Source: Octopus bimaculoides (taxonomy: Eukaryota). From it: 47,487 nucleotides of DNA. Both the position numbers and the translations under genes were made by a program. Under the pieces are notes generated by a model, which was given only the letters and a program-made list of their open reading frames with translations, did no database searches and had not been told where the DNA came from. The stretch covers positions 122,833,891 through 122,881,377 of the forward strand of contig NC_068981.1 in the NCBI RefSeq assembly GCF_001194135.2. Reading direction: 5' to 3'. Below, in pieces: positions 1 to 10,108 of the stretch; the first letter of the stretch is position 1, and every line of letters starts with the position of its first letter.

Positions 1-223
1 TGTGTGTGTGTGTGTTTGTGTGTCTGTATTTGTCCCCCTAGCATTGCTTGTCAAACGATGCTGGTGTGTTTATGTCCCCGTAACTTAGCGGTTCGGCAAA
101 AGATACCGATAGAATAAGTACTAGGCTTACAAAGAATAGGTTCCGGGGTCGATTTGCTCGACTAAATGCGGTGCTCCAGCATGGCCACAGTCAAATGACT
201 GAAACAAGTAAAAGAGTAAAAGA
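1..223 (+). mobile_element. SINE family A, 3' half (tRNA head lies outside the window), following (TG)n
   Basis: TGTCCCCGTAACTTAGCGGTTCGGCAAAAGATACCGATAGAATAAGTACT...GGTGCTCCAGCATGGCCACAGTC...GAAACAAGTAAAAGAGTAAAAGA aligns by eye with the 3' halves of the copies at 20630-20967 (+) and 32392-32826 (-). Confidence 0.85.
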
Positions 224-275
224 TATATATATATTATGATGTACTGAGGTGTACTCTCTTTCTTTCTATGTACAT

Positions 276-306
<31 letters not shown>

Positions 307-1241
307 CGTGCCTGTGCGTGTGATGATATGAAAATTCAAGTGCACTTAGACTGAAATACATTTATATCTTTAAATATATAATCTGATGCAATTGTCTGTA
401 ATTGTATATAGATAAGTGAATAACACACTTAGTATGAAAGGCAGACAGCAATTCGGGAAAAAATAAAACGAAAGTGAAATGATAACTAAGTCACATGAGA
501 AACATTCTTTAATAGTCAGTATATCCTGTTGTTAAATACAAGTATAGCCTACAAACACATTCCCCCACTTTGATCGTCTGTATATTTTCCCTTTTCGAAA
601 CAGGTTGATTCGTCTATATTTCGTTGCTTTCCTTTGGAACATCTTCTAACCCACTACACCTCTGACCCACATCAGGGGTATACATTTTTGAATACATAAC
701 ATTTTTTTTTATTTCACTTATATTAACTTCATATTTCAGTTTATAAATATGGCGAACATGGAAGCTGATGATATGGTATGGAGTTTGCTTGGTGTATATT
801 TATTTGCTTTGTCTCATATATTCTTACCATCATAGGAGCGCATATATCTCCTAATATGTATGTGACAAATGAATTTAGTTACTTTTAATTTTATTGTATC
901 CCAACCGTTGAGTTATGATAGGTATAGATTGCCCTTAGAAAAATGTGTTGTTACACCATTATTTCTTACTTGTACGTTTGTGAGAGGTCTTCATCTTGAA
1001 ATTTGAAAATAGTGGTTACTGTAATATATCTTATCATTGAGTCTTGCACAACAGAAAAGATATTCTAACTCAACTTTCTTTACCAAGTCTCTGTGTACGG
1101 CATGTTGTAAGAGTTTGGAAGTTCCCTTCATTTGGTCGTATTCTCAAATTTTTGCAATCGTTTCGCGGAAACAGAGAGCTTATATCTCCTGTACAGACTG
1201 TGGCAGCACTACATTGCATTTCTATACATCTCAAATAGTAC

Positions 1242-1431
1242 ATAAGGGGAACAAAATAATTCTCTTTGAGAACAAACAAAGGGATTAAGTCGATTACATT
1301 CGATCCCAGTTCGTAACTGGTACTTATTCAATCGACCCCAAAAGGATGAAAGGTAAAGTCGACCTCGGCGGAATTTGAACTCAGAACGTAACGGCAGACG
1401 TAATACCACTTAGCATTTAGCCCGCCCTAAC
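1242..1431 (-). mobile_element. tRNA-derived SINE family B, 5'-truncated
   Basis: The reverse complement has the B-box GAGTTCAAATTCC and the core GGTCGACTTTACCTTTCATCC...GGGGTCGAT...AAGTACCAG, shared with the copies at 10109-10610 and 41780-42150. Confidence 0.85.
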
Positions 1432-2249
1432 TTTGTTATGTATATTATTCATATAATTACCATAATGCATAAGATGTGCAATAGTAGTTATACTTAATAT
1501 TTTAACGTATTTTCGCTTATTTTAACTCTTGAGTTACTGATATTTTGATTTGTATCTCATCACTGCCTTCGTTTTAGATTAACTCATCACCACATGCTTA
1601 TTTATGTTTATAATTGTATCATATTTTACATTAAACAAAGCTATAACCTACACTAATACCTTTTCCCTATTTGTTTTATTTGTGTAATGTTTTATTTTGT
1701 TTTCATTTTTTCTTTTGTTTATGGTTATCTACTTTTCTTTATACTGGGCCCTCTCATATCAATATACTGCGCTGTTATTATAAATATTGCTATCAATCAA
1801 ATTCAAATAATGCTTTTTTTCCTGCAAAATTCATAACTAAAATACGCAGTAGCACGTTTTACAGTTAAATCCTACATAGATTGCCATTATGTGATTATTT
1901 AACAATTGAAACGAATAATATGAAGAACTTACCGTTTGTACTGGTCTTACCATGTGATTAAAAATTAGGCGATGCAAACACGAGGATCGCTCCTTCTCCG
2001 AGATACTATGACGCAGTGCTTTATAGTTTAACGTTCCACCGCTCGTTGCTTTGTGGATTAAATTCTTAGAAGGCAATAGATACAGCAATATCGTTATATA
2101 GTTGTATATAGATATCTATGTATATGAATATATATATGTGAATTCGTTTCTTTATTAATATCTCTAATCTTATTAGTTTGCTAAATCTTCCTCCAAATTT
2201 TACTTATAGATTTTAATATCATAGCATTGTTGATAACATTATTATCATA

Positions 2250-2290
<41 letters not shown>

Positions 2291-3376
2291 TACTTTCTTA
2301 CTGATTGAGTCCACATATATACACATCCATTCTGTATTTCATCAATCTTTAAAATTACATCTATTTACCAGTTTCTTTCTTTCTACAATCTTTTCCATGA
2401 CTTCGGGGTGTATTCATCGTATCCTTCCTATAAGTATTAAAAAAACGTCTCTGTTTGTAAATAAGTGACTGTATGGAGATATAAGGTATTCGTCATCTGC
2501 ATTTCGTTGCAATATACAGTCTAAACATATACATAACAAATACAGGGAAATAAATAAACATAAGCATCTAAGAAGCACGTACAGATGCAAAAAAAGACAT
2601 GCGCATATTTTTTACAATGAATACTAAGAAACGTACATGTTCCATCCGTGCGACCCTGTATTTTTGCAGTGGTTATGCAGAAAGCGATATTTATTTCATC
2701 CCTATGGCGTCCAATATATAGAAGATAAATTTCTATACAACAACACTTAATTCCTTACTCTTATAAAGCAAAATGCGCATATATTTTTGAAATAACAAGA
2801 TAATACATTCTTACGGCGTATGTTATATTTTATAAATATGCATATAGATATACATTATATGTAAGTCTTCTCTGCCTTGCACAATTTAACAAAATGATTA
2901 ACGGGTAATGTAAAACTAATGTATTTTCTTCAATTGTCGAAACGAAAAAGCAAATGATTCAAAATACTATTGTGTATAATTGCTAATATATTCAAATAAA
3001 TTCAGAACATATTTTCACAAATATGATAAAGCACCAAGTCATATAAAACTTGAATATTATCTCTGTAAATTGTGAGAAAATAAATTTTCTCAAGATGAAA
3101 TGCTATGTACGTTGTTATTGTAACAGGAAATAAAAAACAAGAAAACAGTACTGCTAAAAAAGAACTATATTACACAATCTGATTTTAAAAAATGAGCTCA
3201 GACGTCATAATCATTCGCATACTGGAGATAAAATAAAATAATATGTACAGTTACTGCTGGCTAACCACAGTGGGAAATGTATCTCATTATTCGACACTTG
3301 CTAGACAGATGCTTTACGAGAAAACGATGATACCAAATTTTGTGTTTTAATTACATTGATATTGTATATATATGAT

Positions 3377-3378
<2 letters not shown>

Positions 3379-3462
<84 letters not shown>
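3379..3462. repeat. (TG)n microsatellite
   Basis: Uninterrupted TG dinucleotide run. Confidence 0.97.
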
Positions 3463-3463
<1 letters not shown>

Positions 3464-4322
3464 TTTACAAAACAAGAAGCTGAAATGAACAGGCGTTAAT
3501 CACTAATCAGAATATTATTTCTGGGCGTCGGTAGGAAGTGTTAGTTGCTGAGTTTTCTATGTAATACTATAACATAAATATTATACAAATCAATATGACT
3601 CTACAGCTACTGTGTATCCGCATCTCATCAGCTTTTGAGAGCCCTGCTGGATCACGTCCTATTTCCTATTGTTTGCCATACACTGTTTTTAGCATTTCTT
3701 CTATAGTGAGTAATATATAGATTAAAACATTCATGTCAGAAAAATACAAAATAGAGTAGTGGCATTAAAGATTTTTAAAAATAGGAATTACAAACCAAAT
3801 AGAACAAAATTAGCCAATAGAAATAGAATATCAGAAGTTTAAATGTAAATTAAACAAACGTAAATTTCTGGGTTTTTTATCTATTTTATTTTATGTCTCA
3901 CTTTCTATGAAGATAGATTAACACTCTCAGAAGTCAGCGTACACAGTAGAAGCATTTGTGTTCTCTTTCGTCTGTAAATGTCTTTCTTTAAAAGAATTCT
4001 GGTCACCCAATTAGCCCAGTGGGATATAAGCATGCCTGCCAATCCACGCGTACAACTTAATTTTATTTGTCCTAGTACCATCACAGCCGCTAATCTGTTA
4101 TAAAGAGTTATCACACAGGAAGAGATTTATTTGCCTGCACCCATATACACAAAATGTGTTCATTCACTCAGTGTATGCATAAAAATCAGTCCATCCAAAT
4201 ATACATACATGCACATACAGACGTATATACTCTCTATTTTATACATTTATGTCTGAACATTTTTTAGGCACATACACGTATTTATACTTATGCACAAGCG
4301 CACACAAAGACAGACATGTGTA

Positions 4323-5168
4323 TACGAGGTGTGTTCAAAAGAGTATCCGACATTATTCTTTTTCCAACCAAAACTAACGTCACCTGGTTAAATTCCTTTG
4401 GGTAAAAGATGTCACCAGCCTTTCTACTAATGCATGAAAATTTTGACGCAAATAGGCCGCCTCAGTTCCCGGTTGTTATGCCCGGAGTGCAGACGTGTAG
4501 TGCATGCCACTCGGATTTTCGTCTTTTTCGGATGATGACCGAACGCATCGGTCTGAGACATTGCGGGAAGTCTGAGACTTTGCAACAACTAAAGAGTAGT
4601 GATACTCAACTATCAAGAAAATTCAGCAGGAGCTTGACGATGAGGCCTTGTTCAAAACTCAGATTATGGCGTAGTACTACCGCTTCTAACATGACCGCAC
4701 TTTAGTGGAGAGCATGGCACGCTCATGGAGGCCATTCACAAGCCAAAACGAGGAACCGGCTGACAAGATTCGGCAAATCGTCATAAAATACCGCCGTGAA
4801 ACAATCCAGAAAATTACTCACGGAGTGTTAATAAGCACAGGATCAGTGCATTCCATTTTAACGGAGGATATGTGTAGGCAGAGTGTTGAGAGTCTCCCCA
4901 AGGACATGCTGTACAAACCACGACCCAGACTTCATGAAGACTATCATCGCTTCTGATGAGACATGTGTTCATGGTCTCTTCTCGATGTGTTAGGGCATCT
5001 CCCGTGAAATCAAAAGTCCGATGGGACTGCCACTATCGACCGGCGCAAAATGTTCACTCATCCACAGATAAGGTGACGTCAGCTCCCACTCGAAGGACTT
5101 TGCCCATGCAGCATTACTTTTGGCTGGAAAAAATAAGTGGGATACTTCGGAAATTTTTGAACGTGTAT
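4323..5168 (+). mobile_element. Decayed, internally deleted mariner (Tc1/mariner) transposon
   Basis: Left end TACGAGGTGTGTTCAAAAGAGTATCC with a degenerate inverse near 5140-5165. Broken frames read MTERIG..., TIKKIQQELDDEALFKTQIMA*YYRF*HDRTLVESMARSWRPFTSQNEE, ISTGSVHSILTED, ASDETCVHG (first catalytic D, TGDETW-like) and a PYSPDMAPCDFWL-like remnant near 5085-5125. Confidence 0.85.
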
Positions 5169-5874
5169 CAAACTAATACACTTGCTTGTTCTTCATATAT
5201 CTGTCTTCGTTCGTCTTTTGTTTTTCTATAAATTTCAACTTTATATATATTTATATAAAGGCATATGTATGCAATTTTATATCGATATATACATATTTAT
5301 GCGTGCCTGTGTATTCTAATATACGTCATGCTATTGACATTTCATTGTCAAGCATATACTGTTATTTTTCTTAGAGCATGGACAGGTAAAAAAAAACGTA
5401 AAACAGATTTTGCAGAAATAATAATAATGAATGGAAAAAGAAATTATCTCGCCAAAAGTGATACCGTGCATGCACGAGTGGATGTATTTATCTATCAAAC
5501 TGTAAAATTTAAGCAATTTTGAATTATACAATATATACTAATAGGATTGAAAGATGTACAATTAGGGTAGAATTCTTAAATGACACACTTAATTATTCCA
5601 GGATATTTAACAATGCGTGATCTAAAACATTTTCTGAATGAAATACTTTACACTACTTTTATAGCTAAAAAATCTAATAATCCCAAATTAATGATATTTT
5701 AATGTGTTTGAGAGTGTTAGAGTAAGGGGTTTTATGCAAATCAATGTATGTGTGTTGTGTTTGTATATATATATATATATATATGGGAGAATTTACGAAA
5801 AAAACAAGAGACGAAGACAGGTGGTGTAAACAACAAATGGATGTATTAGTTTAACGCTCGGGAATAGAGAGAGT

Positions 5875-5909
5875 CTTTGATGTTTCGAGCTACGCTCTTC
5901 AACTGAAAG
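5875..5909 (-). ncRNA. Degenerate minimal type I hammerhead-like motif, family F2
   Basis: Minus strand CTTT-CAGTTGA-A-GAGC-GTA-GCTC-GAAA-CA-TC-AAAG gives stem I CTTT/AAAG, stem II GAGC/GCTC and GAAA. The CUGAnGA core is mutated to CAGTTGA. Confidence 0.45.
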
Positions 5910-7069
5910 GAACACACAAAGAAATAAGGAGAAAAACAAGGGGAAAAAATATAAATGTAGTGGTCAGTGATCTATCATGGCGAATGATGGACAGAAGGTT
6001 CACACAGGAGAGCTAAGGAAAAGCGGAGATAACAAAGGGGAAAGAATGGTGAACCGAAATACGACGAGCTGTGTGTGTGTTAGAGAATGTTGGTGATCTT
6101 AACGTATGTATGTGTGTATGTAGGTGTGAAAAAGTGGGGAAGGGAGTTGGTCGTTGCTAGTGTGTGCGTGGTGGTGTGTTGTGAAGTGATGTGTTGTGTG
6201 ATATGGTGTAGCGTGGTGTGATGTGAGGGTGTTGGGAGGTGGGAGTTTGGAGGTGGGGAAGGCGAAGGCGGGGGAGATGAGAATGGCGAAAGCATGTGCG
6301 GAGTGTGGGTTAGGCTGAGGGTGGGGGTAGAGGTAGGGGTACGTGGGTAGGCAGAGGTTGGGGTGGGTGTAAGGGATTGGATGGGGTNNNNNNNNNNNNN
6401 NNNNNNNNNNNNNNNNNNNNNNNNNNNNNNNNNNNNNNNNNNNNNNNNNNNNNNNNNNNNNNNNNNNNNNNNNNNNNNNNNNNNNNNNNNNNNNNNNNNN
6501 NNNNNNNNNNNNNNNNNNNNNNNNNNNNNNNNNNNNNNNNNNNNNNNNNNNNNNNNNNNNNNNNNNNNNNNNNNNNNNNNNNNNNNNNNNNNNNNNNNNN
6601 NNNNNNNNNNNNNNNNNNNNNNNNNNNNNNNNNNNNNNNNNNNNNNNNNNNNNNNNNNNNNNNNNNNNNNNNNNNNNNNNNNNNNNNNNNNNNNNNNNNN
6701 NNNNNNNNNNNNNNNNNNNNNNNNNNNNNNNNNNNNNNNNNNNNNNNNNNNNNNNNNNNNNNNNNNNNNNNNNNNNNNNNNNNNNNNNNNNNNNNNNNNN
6801 NNNNNNNNNNNNNNNNNNNNNNNNNNNNNNNNNNNNNNNNNNNNNNNNNNNNNNNNNNNNNNNNNNNNNNNNNNNNNNNNNNNNNNNNNNNNNNNNNNNN
6901 NNNNNNNNNNNNNNNNNNNNNNNNNNNNNNNNNNNNNNNNNNNNNNNNNNNNNNNNNNNNNNNNNNNNNNNNNNNNNNNNNNNNNNNNNNNNNNNNNNNN
7001 NNNNNNNNNNNNNNNNNNNNNNNNNNNNNNNNNNNNNNNNNNNNNNNNNNNNNNNNNNNNNNNNNNNNN

Positions 7070-7475
7070 GAAGAGAGAAGATTAATCCCTGCTCACGGCG
7101 CAAACGGGAGTCCGGATGCCCCCTGTGCAAGGACAATCCAAACAGGGACAGGTGTTGCTGCAAGGAGTGACTGGCAGAGCGGAAATGGCATAACACCGGG
7201 GTGTCATTGCAAACGTTGATGTCTCGGAGGTGTTCCGCGAATCGGTCGGCCAGGCGGCGCCCCGTCTGTCCGATGTACAGAGAAAGGCAGAGAGAGCAGG
7301 AGATGCAATAGATGATGTTGGTAGAAGTGTAGGTGAAGGAGTTGGTGATGCGATAGGCTTGATGATGGGTGCCAGTGAGGAGGGTGGTGTTGGAGAGGTA
7401 AGGGAAAGTGTGGCAGCGTGGGCGGGAGCAAGGGAACGAGTCAAGTTGGGAGGTTGGGTTGGGGAAGAAGCTTTT
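7070..7475 (-). CDS. GIY-YIG endonuclease domain of a Penelope-like element (Neptune-type Cys motifs), partial
   Basis: Hand translation, in frame with ORF 6099..7196: ...SFPCSRPRCHTFPYLSNTTLLTGTHHQAYRITNSFTYTSTNIIYCISCSLCLSLYIGQTGRRLADRFAEHLRDINVCNDTPVLCHFRSASHSL...RLRREQGLIFSL. It shows the IIYC-x-YIGQT, RF-x-EH and EQ-x-LI motifs. No stop between 7475 and the gap. Confidence 0.9.
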
Positions 7476-7479
7476 TCAG

Positions 7480-7560
7480 CTTTTTCAGTAGGTACTTCAT
7501 AACACCACGATGCCAAATTTTGTCCATTTCCAAGAGAAGGTGCTACTAGTTATCTTTGAA
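7480..7560 (-). mobile_element. Mariner transposase 5' fragment
   Basis: ATG at 7527 reads MDKIWHRGVMKYLLKK, resembling a mariner N-terminus (recalled pattern ...RGVIKYL.KKG). It is cut off at the PLE junction. Confidence 0.55.
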
Positions 7561-8467
7561 GCCTTCTTTGGAGAGTCAGTCGTCGGAATATCTAGAAAGG
7601 AATATTGATACGGAATATTGATAATGGAATTATTGATACCAGAAGGTGAATTTAACGCATGCAAGATTCCACAACTCGAGCATGGGGACTCCAAAATCAG
7701 CTCACAAACGTATTAGTCAATCCTCGTACATGATCACATAGACACTAAAATAGAATGATTTACATATTCATACTTAAATCAAGGCACACCTATAATCTAC
7801 AGACCAGAACTATTGAAATAGATATACATACAACCATGTATGTGTGTACGTGTCTGCCTGATGTCTGTTTATGTAGCGTAGAATACATGCGTTTTGTATG
7901 AACATGTATCCGTGTAGGTGAATTATGTTTGTGAGCACCGCTTAAACTGAAACACCATGATTTAAGCAATAACAAGGATATAATAACATCACCATCAACA
8001 GCCACATCAACAACAAAAACAATAGAGTTCTCCTGTAGATTCGGACATCCATTTTATGTATACACAACTTCATGTGGTGATATTACTGCTTCCTTTCTTC
8101 CAGATTCTCCTAGCAACCCATGACTGATAAACACTGTATTTTTCTTTAAATCCTATTAAGTTTTTGTCAATGTCTGAATATGATTTGAAAATGTAATTTC
8201 AAAACACATCTTATCTGTTATTTTGTGAGAAAAGAATACAAATCAGTGTCTTCTTTGCCTCGGCCATATCTTGGTTATCATTGGTACATTATTATCTTCC
8301 TGTTCCTTTGACGTATTGGCTTTTATTTCTCTGTAAGAATTTCTGTATTTGCAATATGTTTACATCTAGAGAAACATGTGCATGTACGTATGTATGTGTG
8401 TATGTGGATATGTATATGTTTATACATATATACCGAGATATACATATATATACACACGTGTGCATAT

Positions 8468-8630
8468 GAAACGAAAGACAAAGACAGGTCAGGGAACATA
8501 AAACTGGTGTATTAACTTCACGCTCGGGAAGAATTCTAGCCTACGCTCTTCGACAAAAAAGGAGAAAGGGTGAAACAAAAGGGAAAGAGAAATATGTGCA
8601 GGTATTAACGGTTCAACAAGCTGAAATATA
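8468..8630 (-). mobile_element. Solo terminus of the F2/PLE family with a truncated HHR motif
   Basis: ACGAAAGACAAAGACAGG...GTATTAACTTCACGCTCGGGAA...AGCCTACGCTCTTCGAC is homologous to 5800-5905. The GAAAC-stem III part is deleted. Confidence 0.7.
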
Positions 8631-8651
8631 TATATATATATATATATATAT

Positions 8652-8922
8652 AAGCAATGTTAATTCTCTAAATGAAGTATTAACAGTAACTGCACGATAA
8701 AGTGTAGTATATTGCCACTTAAGTGTGGCTGACCCCTAGGGGTGGATGTTACTGTTGCTTTTAGCCCCAGGAGGACATCTCCTCCAGCTGGCTTATCGAC
8801 ACACGACTGTGTCCTGTTTGCCAAGGGAGTTATCCCTCTCACCACGACCAGCAGCACGAACGTATCCGGATTTCAGGGTTATTTCCCTTCTTCGGCGTTC
8901 GACAGCTGATGACCTTGGTGAG
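8652..8922 (-). mobile_element. HHR-bearing non-coding repeat F1, left copy (ends at gap)
   Basis: 8699-8922 matches the reverse complement of about 9573-9796 with no difference seen by eye. It starts directly after (TA)n. Confidence 0.8.
8857..8901 (-). ncRNA. Minimal type I hammerhead ribozyme motif (F1)
   Basis: Reverse complement of the motif at 9594-9638, same sequence. Confidence 0.7.
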
Positions 8923-9480
8923 NNNNNNNNNNNNNNNNNNNNNNNNNNNNNNNNNNNNNNNNNNNNNNNNNNNNNNNNNNNNNNNNNNNNNNNNNNNNNN
9001 NNNNNNNNNNNNNNNNNNNNNNNNNNNNNNNNNNNNNNNNNNNNNNNNNNNNNNNNNNNNNNNNNNNNNNNNNNNNNNNNNNNNNNNNNNNNNNNNNNNN
9101 NNNNNNNNNNNNNNNNNNNNNNNNNNNNNNNNNNNNNNNNNNNNNNNNNNNNNNNNNNNNNNNNNNNNNNNNNNNNNNNNNNNNNNNNNNNNNNNNNNNN
9201 NNNNNNNNNNNNNNNNNNNNNNNNNNNNNNNNNNNNNNNNNNNNNNNNNNNNNNNNNNNNNNNNNNNNNNNNNNNNNNNNNNNNNNNNNNNNNNNNNNNN
9301 NNNNNNNNNNNNNNNNNNNNNNNNNNNNNNNNNNNNNNNNNNNNNNNNNNNNNNNNNNNNNNNNNNNNNNNNNNNNNNNNNNNNNNNNNNNNNNNNNNNN
9401 NNNNNNNNNNNNNNNNNNNNNNNNNNNNNNNNNNNNNNNNNNNNNNNNNNNNNNNNNNNNNNNNNNNNNNNNNNNNNNNN

Positions 9481-9798
9481 TAGAGAATTAACATTGCTTG
9501 TTTTCACCTTTTCAATATCAGTGAAGAATGCCACTGGAAAAGAAGATATAAGATTTTGCCAGGTTTTTCTCTCTCACCAAGGTCATCAGCTGTCGAACGC
9601 CGAAGAAGGGAAATAACCCTGAAATCCGGATACGTTCGTGCTGCTGGTCGTGGTGAGAGGGATAACTCCCTTGGCAAACAGGACACAGTCGTGTGTCGAT
9701 AAGCCAGCTGGAGGAGATGTCCTCCTGGGGCTAAAAGCAACAGTAACATCCACCCCTAGGGGTCAGCCACACTTAAGTGGCAATATACTACACTTTAT
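9481..9798 (+). mobile_element. HHR-bearing non-coding repeat F1, right (inverted) copy
   Basis: Inverted copy of the left arm. Its start TAGAGAATTAACATTGCTT is the reverse complement of 8652-8670, indicating a circularly permuted or tandem unit. It ends in (TA)n. Confidence 0.8.
9594..9638 (+). ncRNA. Minimal type I hammerhead ribozyme motif (F1)
   Basis: CGAACG-CCGAAGA-AGGG-AAATAA-CCCT-GAAA-TCCGGA-TA-CGTTCG gives a 6-bp stem I, core CcGAAGA (U4>C), a 4-bp stem II, GAAA, a palindromic stem III (ATCCGGAT) and an AUA cleavage triplet ending at 9632. Confidence 0.72.
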
Positions 9799-9905
9799 AT
9801 ATATATATATATTATATAAACATACATATACGTATATATATAATCACACACATACACACACACATACATGCACAAAAATGCACACACTCACACATATATA
9901 TATAT

Positions 9906-10060
9906 AACAAAAACGAAAGACGAAGACAGATGTGTAAACAACAGACAAGAGTATTAGTTTCACGCTCGCGATGGTGAGAAAGTCTTCTACATTTCGAGCC
10001 TACGCTCTTCAACGGATAGAACTTTAGTAGCTAGCGGTCAATCATGGCGATCACGCTCAT
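9906..10060 (-). mobile_element. Solo terminus of the F2/PLE family with HHR-like motif (9984-10021)
   Basis: Minus strand TTCTAT-CCGTTGA-A-GAGC-GTAG-GCTC-GAAA-TG-TA-GAAG. Homologous to 5795-5980 and abuts (TA)n at about 9896-9905. Confidence 0.7.
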
Positions 10061-10108
10061 ACACATGTTAGCCAGAGAAAAGACTGTTAATTTTAGTATG
10101 GCATATAA

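Larger units (their letters stand above)
5786..7475 (-). mobile_element. Penelope-like retroelement, 3' fragment (GIY-YIG endonuclease, 3' region, HHR-bearing terminus), interrupted by an assembly gap
   Basis: GIY-YIG frame at 7070-7475, C-rich low-complexity sequence (element sense) at 6080-6387, an HHR-like motif at 5875-5909, and a terminus abutting (TA)n at about 5765-5785. All are on the minus strand. Confidence 0.8.

Noticed and set aside
7082-7516. Ser/Pro/Thr-rich and Gly/Glu-rich ORFs (7082..7516, 7204..7431, 7230..7502)
   Set aside because: Alternative frames and the antisense strand of the GIY-YIG coding region.
8906-8912. Canonical-looking CTGATGA on the strand opposite the F1 hammerhead
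   Set aside because: Using the 9481-9590 sequence to extend it, no stem II closing before a GAAA and no stem I/III partner could be formed.
8699-9796. The inverted repeat across the gap read as a pure scaffolding artefact, or as a DNA-transposon TIR pair
   Set aside because: An artefact is not excluded. However, the outer ends differ (circular permutation rather than matching TIR termini), and a gap-free homologous locus at 16344-17351 has the same layout.
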